Shown here: one piece after another, positions 1 through 17,601 of the stretch | Layout: each line of letters starts with the position of its first letter | Position numbering within the stretch: the stretch's first letter is position 1 | Assembly (NCBI GenBank): GCA_018398765.1 | Contig: JAHBMJ010000085.1 | Location: forward strand, 1-57,620 | DNA from: Chromera velia | Lineage: Eukaryota | DNA: 57,620 nt | Reading direction: 5' to 3' | The notes under the pieces: model-generated | Database searches by the model: none | What the model saw: only the letters and a program-made list of their open reading frames with translations | Told to the model about the DNA's origin: nothing | Position numbers and translations under genes: made by a program

Positions 1-10
1 GGGGGGGGGG

Positions 11-41
<31 letters not shown>

Positions 42-110
42 ACAGAAAGAGAGAAAGAGAGAGGGAGAGAGAGAAAGAGAAGGAAAGAGAGAGAGAGTGA
101 GAGAGAGAGA
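1..110. repeat. (GA)n-rich microsatellite
   Basis: Nearly pure GA/GAAA run at the window start; probably intronic in the minus-strand membrane-protein gene. Confidence 0.9.
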
Positions 111-260
111 ATCCTCAGATCAAATGAGTGAGTGACCTCGCAGGACACACACCTCCAAAGGGATCTGACCCAGGAAGACTCGGGGGCAAGAATGCGACAC
201 AGGAAGAGGGAGGGTGACAAACAGGGTACGGCAGAGTAGAGTAGAGTAGAGTAGACCTAC

Positions 261-5272
<5,012 letters not shown>

Positions 5273-6749
5273 GGTGAGCGGCTGTCTGCAGTGGATGAGC
5301 ACACAGGACTGTCAGAGAGGCCGATGCCTTTAGAGAGAGAGGGGCACAACCCTGTGACGAGATTCAACGCCTCAAGTGTTGCAAACTCTGTCTACCCAGG
5401 GTAGCGGTCGCTTGACAATGAACCGTGCGAGATGGATGCTGTCTGACAATTAGAGGAGACCAGCACGTCGAAAAGCTGTTACTGCACCAAACTCATCGAG
5501 TTTCCGCTCCCCATACCATGAGGACCGCGAGTCACAGCGCAACAGATATGTAGACGTAGAGCTTGTCTATCTAAAGAGAGAAGGGCAGGCAAAGGAGGAA
5601 CTTCCGGTCATTGTTATGAAGGGAACGCATGGCCCTCTTCGTAGCCTTGAACGAGCCCCCTGCTATCGTGCTTCTTTTTTTTCTGGCATGGACCACGGCG
5701 AAAGCCATCTGCCGCGTGCACGCCGCTGTCTGTCTGGCGAAGGTCAGAAACTCCGCGGCTTACCTTTGTGGGGGGACTCGGTGTGCTTCACAAGCTGTCT
5801 TCCGTTTCGCTTCGGGGGTTCTCTTGAAGCTTCTGTAGTCCACGCTACGTGTCCAGATGGCCTTTTGTGACGAGATGTGTCAGGTCTGGGCTTCTGCAAG
5901 AGCACGTGTAGCGTTTGAAAGCCGGCCTACAAAGCTCCAGAAAGGATCGAACATTGCACGCATGTGTCCCCAGTAGAGTGTGTCACGTTTGTTTACCTAT
6001 ATACCTCTGTTCTACTGTAATTTCTGCATGCAGGCACTTTGGCAACGATTGATTGAGAAAGTCATGCAGACTCGAAAAAAAACAACATTACTCAAGTTTT
6101 CTTTAGGAAAATCACCGAAAATATTTTTTAAAAACTAATTTTATACACTGTGAAAACCACTGTAGGCTACAATACATTCTTATTTTGAAGAGCTCGGAGC
6201 TGCCATCCGAGCAGACTCTCTGTATTAGTTACATTTTTTAAATTGGTCCCGCAAATACGCTGCATGCTTGAGGGGCACTTTCAGTTCGGGCCGGAGACTT
6301 TCGCACGGGGTACTCGCACCACCTCCCATTCAAATGACGTATGGATGATTGCCTTGGATTCAGATCACAGTGCGACGGGTTGGCTCGCTCGTACGCCCAC
6401 CACAAAAGTTTATGTGGATTTTGCTAGAATCAGGAGAAGGGCCTTTCATGACGTGATCGAATAAAATGCAGCATGCATTTTTTTCAGCCAGCCGCCTGCA
6501 TGTCGCGCTGCATGCATGATCGAATCACACGTATACGAAAAGAAGAGCTAGCTTGACATTGGCTCAATTCAGCCAAGATCGCGAGCCATCTGAGGTTCTC
6601 CCTTCCCACCCAGTCAACAAAAGCTCATCAGGAGGAAAGATTTGCGCAGGAGTCAAGTGTCGGAAAAACCCAAACATATCGATCAGACAGAGATTGGCGT
6701 GCACTGAGTGAGGGACTCAGTCATTTTTGGTCCGGCCAATTTTTGAAGC

Positions 6750-7550
6750 ATGTTGCTTATTCTGTCTTTGGTGCTTTGTGCTCTCTTGTTAGTTGGCGTA
6801 GCCGTCTATGTTTACTGGCAGCAGCAGCGCAATCGCAAGAGAGACCGGCCAAAAGATGGAGAGGCACAAATCATCTACGAAGTCGTTGATGCCCGTCCCT
6901 GCTTTTCCGTTCGGGAAATACAGCTGCAACTCCAGCCAGATGAGGTGGCAGCAAATTTACACCGAATGGAGCTGAGTCAGGAGGAGAAGTTCAACGGCAC
7001 AGAGTTCTCTTGCAGCACAGACATGAGAACAAACTCGTCTGGAGGGTCCGTTCACCTCCCTGCAAACAGAACAGTTACAGGCTCTGCGCATTCTGATTCC
7101 GTCAATTCATCCGACGAGCCTGCAAGAATGGTAGACCACGTTTGCAAGATTGATGAAGAGACCCTGCGCTTGCCGCAGTTCTCCTCATCTCCCCTTGGAG
7201 CAGCAAGTGGCTCTGCCTGGATCTATAACTCCCATAGAGAGTCCACACATGATCTAACGGGCCCCGGAATGTCCCGAAAAGCGCACGGCAGGTTCCATCC
7301 GCACCGTTCCGATCTCTCCGAAGTTTCCGAAGACGAAGATGAGGACGGAGGGTTTTCGGATGACAACCTTAGCGCGATGGAGGACGGGTCCGGATGGAAC
7401 CACAGGTACTATGAGGAGGTCGCGGGTTATCCCTGCAGTCACGCAGCAGGGATCACATGGGGGACAGAGGGACAGTTTCGCGTTGCATACGAAGAGAGCA
7501 CGACTTTCGGAAATGCCCTGCAAGAACTGCAGTGTAAGGACGGTATCTAA
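6750..7550 (+). CDS. Hypothetical single-pass membrane protein (N-terminal anchor, Ser/acidic disordered tail), 266 aa
   Basis: ATG-initiated, non-repetitive 801-nt ORF; N-terminal hydrophobic stretch followed by a basic stop-transfer segment (QQQRNRKRDRPK). No family recognised. Confidence 0.7.
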   Translation: MLLILSLVLCALLLVGVAVYVYWQQQRNRKRDRPKDGEAQIIYEVVDARPCFSVREIQLQLQPDEVAANLHRMELSQEEKFNGTEFSCSTDMRTNSSGGSVHLPANRTVTGSAHSDSVNSSDEPARMVDHVCKIDEETLRLPQFSSSPLGAASGSAWIYNSHRESTHDLTGPGMSRKAHGRFHPHRSDLSEVSEDEDEDGGFSDDNLSAMEDGSGWNHRYYEEVAGYPCSHAAGITWGTEGQFRVAYEESTTFGNALQELQCKDGI

Positions 7551-7603
7551 GCGGCAGGGGGATCTTGGGAAAGGAGAGAGAAAATTGAGTCTTGTGGAGT
7601 TGC

Positions 7604-7643
<40 letters not shown>

Positions 7644-8641
7644 CACGTTCGGCGTGAAAGGACCGGACTGAAGGACGAACGAACCTTTGCCCCCTTTCCT
7701 TGTTTCGTTCTTTCGTTGGCCGCTTGTGAGCCTGGCAAAGATAGATAGATAGAGAGAGAGAGAGAGGGAGAGAAAGACTCCCTCGTCCGATCCTGAGTCT
7801 GCCTGTGTACAATGACACGATGCATGTAACCTGACACGTACATCAAAATTACCTGCCTGGTGTCTATCATACACTTTGGAAGAACGTGTACGACCAGGAG
7901 GGGAAGCGAAGAAAAGGACGAGAGCGCATCGCTGTAGAAGGGTGGGGTATGGGAAGGAGTACAAGTACAAGAAAAGAAGAGGAAAACGTGAAGTTTCTAA
8001 AAGGCTTGGTGGGTTCCTTCGTATTTACCGATTGATTGAGCTGCTCTGTTTAGGTTGCAACCAGATTTTGTTTGGTGCTGCAGAGCAAAGGGAGGGGGGA
8101 AACGAGGGGGGCGACAGACGAAGGAACAAAGGAAGAAAAGGGGAAGGAAGTGTCGATGTTGCGCAAAGAAAGAAAGAAAGGAAGAGGGAGGAAAGATGAC
8201 GTATGGGTTAATTCAACCCAGCTTGCTTTTTTCTTTCTTTTTTTCTTTCTTTCTTGGCTTCTCTTTCTTTGCTCACCCATCCACCCATCCATCAGATCGA
8301 TCCATCAGATTGAAGGAAAGGAAAGGAGAGGAGAGGAGAGGAGAGGGGGCTCGGGATCGTCTCTTTCCTTAATTCCTTTCTTCCTGTCAGCGACTCACTG
8401 TATGAGTGACTGCTTCCTTGGGTAATGTAATTTGAATTTCATGCCGTGTGCTTCAAATGTCCGATCAGCCAGATGCATTCGATAATCAGGTTATTAAACC
8501 TCTTTTCAAATACACAGACAGCGTGACAGCTCGTTTGAATAAGTACAATCAGCCAACTGGAAAGAAAGGCACACACACGGACAAATTGATGGATTTATTG
8601 AGAAACAGCAGAAACTGGGGTAACGCAAACCACTTTTCTTG

Positions 8642-8688
<47 letters not shown>

Positions 8689-10648
8689 ATGTTCATCTCA
8701 TACCCTTCGAACAGTTGTATGTCCGTGTGCATGTAAGCTTGACCTTGCATGCCTTCTCCTTCTCCTTTTCCTTTATGGAGACTGCCTTCCGCTCGATCGG
8801 AGACGGAGGCAAGGAAGGAGGTTTGGTCCAGACGTCCCATCAGGAGCGACGAGAGGTCAATCGGGTGGGAAGAATTCACTCACTAATTAGATTCAACGAG
8901 TTGATTGATTGATTGATTGAATGGGTCACCAGGCTGGCCCTCTAGCTCGGTCTTGGCTCTCCCCTTACCTCCGGGATCCTTGTTGAGGACCGGACTTACC
9001 AGCTTGCTCGGTGAGGGGACGGGTGGAGACGGAATGAAGGAACAGTCGGGAGGGTGATCGATCGATCGATCGATCGATGGGATTCTGCATCGATGGTATG
9101 TTTGTCTGCATGAAGAAAAAGGGGGAAAGACAAGATCGGGGGTCAATGATTTGGAAGAAAATGCAATGATCAATCAGATCTCCGAGGGGAAAAGGGGGGG
9201 AGACAAATTGACTAATGCATAGAGAAATTAATCAGGAAGGGAAAGGGAAGGGTGGGAGTCTCAGAGGGAAATGAACAAAGGGACCGCCATGCAACTTTAG
9301 GGCCAGTTGTAGAAAAAGAGAGAGAACGGATCGAGACGTCAGCGATTCGTTGACTACCCCATAGCTGTCGATCCGCATGCATGTGCAGCATGATCGATGC
9401 CATGATTCAATTTTGGGCCATAAATTTTATTCATTCAAGTTCAACGATTGATCTACTGTCACTGAGTCGACAGTCAATCTACAGCAAATTCTTTTTCCAC
9501 GCCTGATTGGTCGCCGGCTGATCGAGTCTCTTTTCTTATCGATCGACCAACGATCGAAAAAGACGAATTAGAAGCATCGCACTAGCTGGCATGTAGACGT
9601 CCTCATCGACGTGCATGTGCGCAGTACGTCATGTGCAGAGATTTGAACCGTCTGATTGTTTTCTAAGCTGCTCGTTAAACCGCTCCCCTTCTTGTGACTC
9701 AACCAACTTTCTTGCTAACTTTTTGTAACAGTTGGTGCATACACGCTGTATGCATATTACACGGCAGCCTGAGTGCAACCAGACTTGATGAAGCTCAATC
9801 ACTGGCAACATGGCGCAACGGAAATGCAATAAGAAATGTGATTCAAAAGTTATTACTAAAGTTATTATTTGAATTCTAATGATGACTCACACTACACCAC
9901 CCTAGACACCACCTAGTATACACCACCAACTAGACCACTAATTTGAACTTGAATGGGCTGTAAACTTTAATCTAATTAACTTGAAGTCGCGTGGTGTTAA
10001 GTTGAATAACACACCGTGGCGCTCATTAATTTAATTTAATTAACACAAATTTTAAAATAATAAAATGTAGATTAATTTGGACTAGACCTCGTAAAGAAAA
10101 CATAGCGGGAAGGCCTAGTACGGAACCTATCAATCAATCAATCAATAAAAAAAAATCCTCTCACAGTCGGGGGCCTCACTAGTTCCTTCAAACTTTTTTT
10201 TTTCAGTCAAACAATCATATTAAACAACTGTTGTTAAAATTTATTATTATTAAATTAAGTACTGTGCTATGCTAAATCCTAGCCTGCTAGGCTAAGTCAC
10301 CAAAGTGTTGTTCATGTGTTGCACAACTGTTGTTAACTAGAGGGTTGCTAAGAAGAAAGAAACAAAAAAAAAAATAATAGTTCTTGAAATTTTCTTCTAG
10401 TTGATTATTTTTTTTCTTTAGCCGACAGGCCCGACACCTAGAATTCAAATTTTTACAGACAATGTCAGACATTTTACAGACCTACCAAAATATCTTTTCT
10501 TCTTTGAATTTTTGTGCATTATATGCTATTTGGCATATAATATTCGGTAGAATATTCGCTCATAGCCTGCGAGGGTAAGTTGCGTCCTGGTACGTACGTC
10601 CTGGGTTGCGTCAGCGCTTGATTTAGAAACTCATGCGATAAACTGTTC

Positions 10649-11968
10649 TTAACTATTCTCTATCACACAGAAACACTCATAAAGGTTTTTTCCTTCTCTC
10701 AGGGCGGTGGCCAGACGCAAAAACTTTTGCGTGTGACTTTGCAGAAGGACAACTGAAAAGCCCAACGCAGCCTTGCACAGTTTTTTCGTTTCAGAAGACC
10801 CTAATGTAATGCTCGGAGATAACCGACCAATTGTTTCACTCATGGCTTTGTGGTCAATTTTCCCCTCCAATTCTCTCACAATTTCTGCAACCGCTGCCCG
10901 ATCCGACTTGCCCCCCTTGACCTTGCCTTCAAAAAGGCCTTCTGCAGCGATGCCGCCGTACAGTGCAACAAGGCATACAGCTATACGCACTGAATCGTTC
11001 ATCATGCAAGGGGACAGTCTCGTTGAAGGCATCAGCCGAAGTCGTGGCTTGCCCTGAGCACGATCTTTTTGCCCCTTTTCCGCCTCTGAGTCAGCCTCAC
11101 CCCTGTCAAATCGCCATAAAAGAGACGTCACCCCTGCTGCGACTTCCTTTCCATCGAGGACGCAAGGTCTCAGGAGGCGCTCGACAGGGTTACTCACAGA
11201 CGGGCAGTACCCTAACACAGCGGCACCCAGCAGGTAAAGGACCAAAAAATGCCCCGCTTCATGCACGACGATTCTTCTCTGTCTCGAGGCAAACAGGAGA
11301 CGCGAGAGAACGTCAGCGAACCGACCCGCGAACCCTTCTTGATCGATGAGCTCCAGAGCGGCGAAGAAAGCAGAGAAGAAACCAAATTGGCGTTCCAATG
11401 TGACCACACTCGAAGGATCGTCAAGCTGGCCCGAGAAGGCAGACATGGATGCCAAAGTGAGGGCCCCGGCCCCGGAGAACATCAAGAGCAATGGCCCGAT
11501 GACATCCGAGAAGTCCGTCTCGTCTCTTTGAAGCGTCTCTTCCAAAGCCTCAGGCACCTGGCTCCAGATCTGTTCCTCCTGTTCAATCAGATACTCCAAG
11601 GAAAGCTCCTTTGATGCACTGCCAAGAAGCCCGAGTCGCCCCTCATGTCTCTCCCTCTCCAGAAATAACACGTACGAAGCGTGCAGGTTTGGAGGCAGTA
11701 CCGTCTCCAACGGCCTCTTTTTGAAGTCGCTCTCTTCCGGGCTGAAGGGTAGGGTACCGGAATGAGTCGAGGAAGCGGATTTTTCAGGAACAACAGAATA
11801 AAGCGCGGGAAAAGACCGGAGCGTCATCTGGGATGTACGAGGCGCAAATCTGAGGCCTTCCTTTCCCTCAACGGAAAAACTTTCTACTTCACACAGGAGA
11901 CAGGAGACGGCAAAACTGAAAAGCAGTACAGCGAGACTTGAAGGGGGCAGTCCATTATTTGGAACCAT
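10649..11968 (-). CDS. Putative plastid-targeted peptidase M41/FtsH-like Zn metalloprotease without an AAA domain (resembles the plant VIR3-type family)
   Basis: Intronless 439-aa ORF with a signal peptide ending VES/F, a transit-like region, 1-2 hydrophobic helices, RRIVVHEAGHFLVLYLLG (HExxH), GGIAAE and GGKSD motifs of the M41 protease domain. Confidence 0.8.
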   Translation of the reverse strand: MVPNNGLPPSSLAVLLFSFAVSCLLCEVESFSVEGKEGLRFAPRTSQMTLRSFPALYSVVPEKSASSTHSGTLPFSPEESDFKKRPLETVLPPNLHASYVLFLERERHEGRLGLLGSASKELSLEYLIEQEEQIWSQVPEALEETLQRDETDFSDVIGPLLLMFSGAGALTLASMSAFSGQLDDPSSVVTLERQFGFFSAFFAALELIDQEGFAGRFADVLSRLLFASRQRRIVVHEAGHFLVLYLLGAAVLGYCPSVSNPVERLLRPCVLDGKEVAAGVTSLLWRFDRGEADSEAEKGQKDRAQGKPRLRLMPSTRLSPCMMNDSVRIAVCLVALYGGIAAEGLFEGKVKGGKSDRAAVAEIVRELEGKIDHKAMSETIGRLSPSITLGSSETKKLCKAALGFSVVLLQSHTQKFLRLATALREGKNLYECFCVIENS

Positions 11969-12841
11969 GCCGCTTCACTTTCAATTGCACTTCGATGGTG
12001 CAGAAGTTTACAAGCTGGTCAAGAAACTCTTAGGCGAGGGTTCGAAAAAGCTGGCACAAATGAGAACGTGTACAACAACTAACGTGAAGCACCTAAGAAG
12101 GCAAACAATATTAATAGAAATCTACTGTTGCTCGTTCGATGAAGCAAATGTCTACGAGCGGGACACACATCTCCTCAGAATGGGGAATCGAATACAAACA
12201 GCATGGTCATGTTCGTGTCACCGCTGCAGGTCATCAGTTGGCAACTTTGCACACCAACTCAGCGGACCAAGTATATTCATATACTCTGTGTAGACGTATA
12301 TACGATGATGATCTACAATTATAACTGACGATCGTAGACGGCCCGGCCGGCCCGGGGGCGAGCGGGTGCATGAGTCCATTCCGAGCCATTCCGAGTCAAA
12401 ACAGCTCGCAAATCCACCTATCGCAAAATATCGCAAACTATCGCAAACTTGCGTGTAGACGGCGACCTACGGTGAATTTCTCCAGTGAAAGGAGACCATC
12501 AAAGAATCTAACGGCAGAACAATGGCAGAACACAAATGCGCGTCCATGCTATTCTTGGTATGTGACGTCCAGGGTCCAGGGTGAAGCAGTCAAAGAGAAG
12601 TGGAAAAAGTGGTTTGTGCGAAGTAAATTCATTGCCCATGTTGTTACGACACCATTGCCACCACAATCGAATAATGCTCCTCGAGCGACCCAGGGGGGCC
12701 CATCGGCTGTGATTCGCAGTGCCACACAGAAAAAAGTCCTTGCCCGAATAATCGACTCCATGCGTTTCTCAAGGAAAAGCGTGTTGAAAATCGATTTGTG
12801 GGTGATGTTGGAAGGAACGTGAGGAGCGTGTGAGAATCAAA
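11969..12841. promoter_or_regulatory. Candidate bidirectional promoter between the divergent M41-like and APE2 genes
   Basis: 873 bp between two divergent ATGs, containing TCGCAAA x4 (12406, 12421, 12431, 12441), CCATTCCGAG x2, GTAGACG x3 and a GGCCC cluster. Confidence 0.45.
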
Positions 12842-15554
12842 ATGGACGGAGACGGCATCGTTAATCTGTACACATTCAACGTGAACGGGCTGCTTGCCAT
12901 TCTGAAGAGGTCAGCTCCGGTGCGGGTGTCCAACTGCTTCCCTGCAGCCACCGTCTCTTCCTCTCCGGGCGCTTCTCCCTCCTACCACATCTCTCTTCCC
13001 GGCCTGCCACCGGCGACTACAACCGTTGTGCTGTGTTTCCTTTTATTCATGTTGGCATGCATCGATGATCTGTAAATGCACCCCCTTCCCCCCCCCTCTT
13101 TTCCTCACCAAACCAAACAGACGAGGGCTACAGAGAAATCAGCTGCATCTCTTCCTTGGCTCCTTTTCCCCTCCTGCCGCAATTGTCTGCATACAGGTCA
13201 GCAGCTAGCAGGAAGGAAAGTAGTCGAACAAATTCTCCTCATTCATCATTAGTGCGGGTTTGTTTGGGCGTATTAGAGCGCGATTGGAACCCGTATGTGA
13301 TCTCGGAGTGCAGTTTGAACTGTGAGGAAGTGCCGCGGGTCCATGAAAAAGGGGGAATGATCGGACAAACATCGTTCGGTGACCGACTGAAATGGGCTTT
13401 TCGGAGAAGAAATCTGAGAGCAAAGTGAGGAGTACCTCGATCGCTGGTGCTTGTTTGATTAGAATCATTTAACGGATCGCCCCATTACACACACTGTAAG
13501 ATCTTTTCACCGTCTTGTTTGACGTTCAGCCTCTTCCTTGGCTGCTTCTCACCTCCTCAAAGCACCGTCCTCGAGCTGATCGAGAGAAAACAAAAAGGAC
13601 CGGCCGGTCAGAAAAAAGAAAGGGCCCTCTACCCCGTCACAGCGTCTACACGCTTTCTCATTTTCGCTGCTTTTTCTAAAACGTCTCCGAGTGAGTGTGA
13701 GAGTCAATTAGGGTGTGGACTCTCAATGCTGTCGAATGAATGAACACAGGAGGTGAAAATGCAACGAGAAGCCCTCGACGCAGATCTCTGCAAGTGAGTG
13801 AGTCTCCCTCCCTTCCTTCCTCCCTCCCGATTTTCCTTTCTTCCTTTCTTGCCTCCTTCCCTGGGTCCTTCTTTTCACCAGGATTTGTTTCTCTCATCGG
13901 CGGATTTTTGGCTTCATCTGTTTTCGTCCGACCTGGATGTCCCTTTCTCCCTTACTTCCTTCCTCCTTTTGTTGGAGATGAACTGAATATGGTTCCCTTT
14001 CCTTCTGCATTGCCTCAGGCTTGGTTCTCTCTCGTCTTCTTATCTCACGATGCCCCCGTTGATTTTTTTTTGTAGTCTTCTTTGTCTGAGTCATGCGATT
14101 GGAATATGAATCCATGAGCATACATGCACACGCAGGCCGCCAGGCTGGCACGCCTTCTACTCTCTCAACAGAGGTCCCGCAGTCTCTGGGGGGTTCTCGG
14201 GGACTGCCACTTTCTGCCGACAGGACTTGAGGGAACTCCCTTCCGATGCGAGGGAGGGCGTCTTGTGGGGTGCAGCAGAACTCGGGGTATCTTACGAAGA
14301 ACTGTTTCTGCAGTCGGTCGAAGAATTGGGAGACCCGGCACTTGCCAAGTCCCTCCGTGAGGTGGCCAGCACATCCGCTCGGACGAACACAAATATTGAC
14401 GACACTGGGATGGGAGGGCTTTTTGAGGGGGGCGGCGGATGGGAACCCCCGATCTCTTCTCGACAGGTTGACGAGGAAGGCCGGGCGGTGACTCTGGAGT
14501 TCTCACGATTTGCTCTCGTCAGTCAGTCAAAAGGCAGACAGTCAGAGGGGCAGCGAATCTGTCAGTCGGCCAGGCACAGTTAGTCTTCAGTGAGCAAGTT
14601 AGTCGGACAGGCAGACAGTCAATGAGTGAGTCAGTCAGGCTGGATGACGTCACTCTCATCTCCATCTTGCATCGATGTTTGCATCTCAGTGTACGTGTGG
14701 ATCAAGAGGGGGTGTTCCTGTATATCTGCTTTCTTTGTTTCTGCTTGCATGTCTCCTGCAGCTGAACGTCTACTGCCCTGCCCAACGAGACGAGCTTCAA
14801 GATCTGAATGCGACCTCGGAGGGCGCATCTGCAGTGTGTGTCTCGAAGGAAGAGGGCCAAACTCCTCCATCTCTCGTTGCTCCTTCGGGACAGAGCGAGG
14901 AAGAGCGTGCGTCTGGGGTCGGGGCATGGCTTCGGCGGGTTGGGGAGAATCGTCAGGTGTTTCGGGCAGTGTTCTACGGGGCCCTCCGCCTGTGCGTGCG
15001 AGCTCTTCAGAAGCGGGGGCAGGAGGTGATCCTTGTAGGCGATGTGAATGCCAGAGTGTCCGCCCTGGACAGTGCGAGAAATGATGGTGTCTTGGGTTCG
15101 GCTGTGGGGGGACCGTTGGGCATCCAGGGTGGGGGGCGTGACACGACAGAGACAAACCGCAGAGGTCAGAAAGCGGTCGCTGAGAGTTTGTGTGTTGCGG
15201 GAGAGGAAAGGGGGGGAAAGAAGGCCCAGGAGAAGAGAGGGCAAAACAAGGTGGTGGAAGTGATCGTTGAAAAAGAAGTGGAGAAGGAGACTGCGGAAGA
15301 GGATTGGGGGCCCGGCAGGCGCTGGCTGAGTGCCGTCTTGAGAGTCGACGGTCTTGAAGACGCCTTCCGTCGTTTTCATCCGCACAGAAGGGGAGCCTTC
15401 ACTTGTTGGAGTCAGGTAGGTACATAGGGAGCTGTTGGGGCTGGTTGTATTCTCTGGACTGTCTTGCTCTAGAGCTGTGGGTGTCTCTCTCCGTGGGGCT
15501 TCCTTTCGGCCCTTCTCAATCACCCCCCGTTGTTTTCCGAACGACTGGCGCTTT

Positions 15555-15624
<70 letters not shown>

Positions 15625-17601
15625 ATGCCTTCATGTTCTCCTCCTTCCCTTTCTCCTCTATTTTGGCAGATGACTGGGGCGCGCCTGACAAATTTTGGCT
15701 CTCGGATCGACCTGATCTTGGTGGGGAGGGGAGACGGGCGGTCGGTCTCTGGGTCAAACACGGCTCCTCAGGAGACGAACAAAGAGGGGACAAATGAAGA
15801 AGGAGCACAGGGGGTATCGATCAGGGAGGAAGACACACAGGCGGACAGTATTGGGCGGTTTCTTCGCTTCTGCGATGTGCAGCAAGATGTGAAGGTGGGT
15901 ACCGCAACCTTTGTCAGAAATATGTTGAATGAATCTCCATGTTCGTCTTCGATTTCACCCCGTGAAGAGAGCACAGGCGAAACGCAGCACTGCATGTGTT
16001 GGACAGGGGGGGAAACGAAGAGAAGAGACGGTCGGCCTGTTCGCTTTGGGAAGGGCGGTTGATTGATTGAGTAGACAGAGAGGCAATCGCCATGTCTATC
16101 TCCTTCTTTCCTTCCTTTCTTTCTCTCTCTTGTATTCCTTCTGTTGTTCGTGCAGGGTTCGGACCATTGCCCCGTCTTTGCCTCATTCGATGAAGCACTC
16201 CTCTGCCGTCCTCCCCCTTGCCCCCTGTCGGCTTCACCTTCTTCCTCTTCCTCTTCTGCTTCTGCTTCTTCTTCCTCCCTGTCGTTTCTGGGACACAGTG
16301 CCGTGAAGGGCACTGAGATAGATGGAACCCTTAAAGACCCTCAGGGGCAAATTGAGCCTTCTTCATTCGGTGGGGCATGTGGGCCCTCTCTGCCCCGTTT
16401 GTGCGCCGCGTTCTTGCCAGAGGCACGCAAGAGGCAGGGGCGTCTCTCTGGTTTCCTCGTCAGGAAGCAGAAGGAGGACAAAGAGAAAGAGGAGAAACAC
16501 GGGAAGCAGGGGGCACCCAAGAGAGTAGAAGTCGTGCAAGAAAAGCAGAAAGAGATTCATGCACATCGGGCTGACACCGCAGATGATGATCCCTTCTCTC
16601 CCGGAGACGGCAGCAAAAGGGAGGGCATCGGCGGTGTCCAGCAGAAAGCCACAAAGGGGACTGATGGGGGGGTGGCAGGCGGAAAAGTGAAACGACACCT
16701 GGACTCGTCAAGAGGTGTTTGTGTACAAGATACAAAGAGATACAAGGGGAAAGTGGGGGAAGCAGGAAAAAAGGGAGAAAAAGGAACGATCCGTCAGGCT
16801 ACTCTGAAATGCTTTTTCGGACAGCCAAAGACAAACGGGGGGGGGAGGGGTAAAGATGCACAGAAGGGAGGTGTAGCTGACGCACGCATCCTACCATCTT
16901 CTGACAATGCCCCCCACATGGTTGTCGACTTGACGGCAGATGACGAGAATGAATGCATGGAGACGTGTGAGGTCAAGAAAGGTCGAGAGAAAGAGGAAGG
17001 GGAGAGGGAAAAGCAAATGGAAGAATCATCGCAGCATCAAATGAAAGAAGTAGATCCGTCCGAACGAGATCACCGGGTCTTCTCTGATCCCGATTACCAG
17101 ACGTGCACCCAGACGTCAGGTACATCCGAACCTTCTGCGTCTCTCACAGGGGTCTCTGTTTTCTCCTCTTCCTCTTCCTGTTCTTCTGCTGCTTTCTCAT
17201 CTTGTTTGTCAGCCGCTCCAGGCGGGAAGTTGAAAGGGCCTTCTTCTTCCTCCAACTCCTCAGGGCCGGTGGCGTCCTCCGCGTCTTCTCCTTCTTCCTC
17301 CGCTGCTCCCGCTACTGATGGTTTGACAATGCTCATGGCGAGGCAACGGGAGAATGCACGAGCGCGAGAACGTGCAGTTCCTGCAGAGCTGCTCTCTTTT
17401 CTCTCCCCGAAGGAGCGAGCCTTGTACCTCGAGACTATCCACATTGCCCCTCTTTGCAAACGTCACAGCGAACCTTGTGTGCGGAGGAAGGTGCTCAGGC
17501 AGGGGCCAAACAAAGGCAGGCTTTTCTGGGTCTGCGCAAGACCGGATGGCAAAGCGGGACATCCCTCCGCAAGATGTGATTTCTTCAAATGGGACTCTTG
17601 A
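12842..17601 (+). CDS. APEX2: DNA-(apurinic/apyrimidinic site) endonuclease 2 (ExoIII/APE2-Apn2 family) with C-terminal zf-GRF
   Basis: Exons 12842-12909, 13121-13196, 13750-13793, 14136-14517, 14762-15415, 15670-15894, 16156-17601 give TFNVNGL, VCIQE, GFSGTATF, DEEGRAV, LNVYCP, LVGDVN, DAFRRFHP, FTCWS..TGARLTNFGSRID, GSDHCPV, PIP-box-like QGRLSGFL and QATLKCFF, and the GRF finger PLCKRHSEPC..GPNKGRLFWVC..RCDFFKW. Confidence 0.93.

Noticed and set aside
14631..17562. Minus-strand ORFs up to 368 aa overlapping APE2
   Set aside because: Antisense shadows of coding exons and CA repeats, with no motifs.
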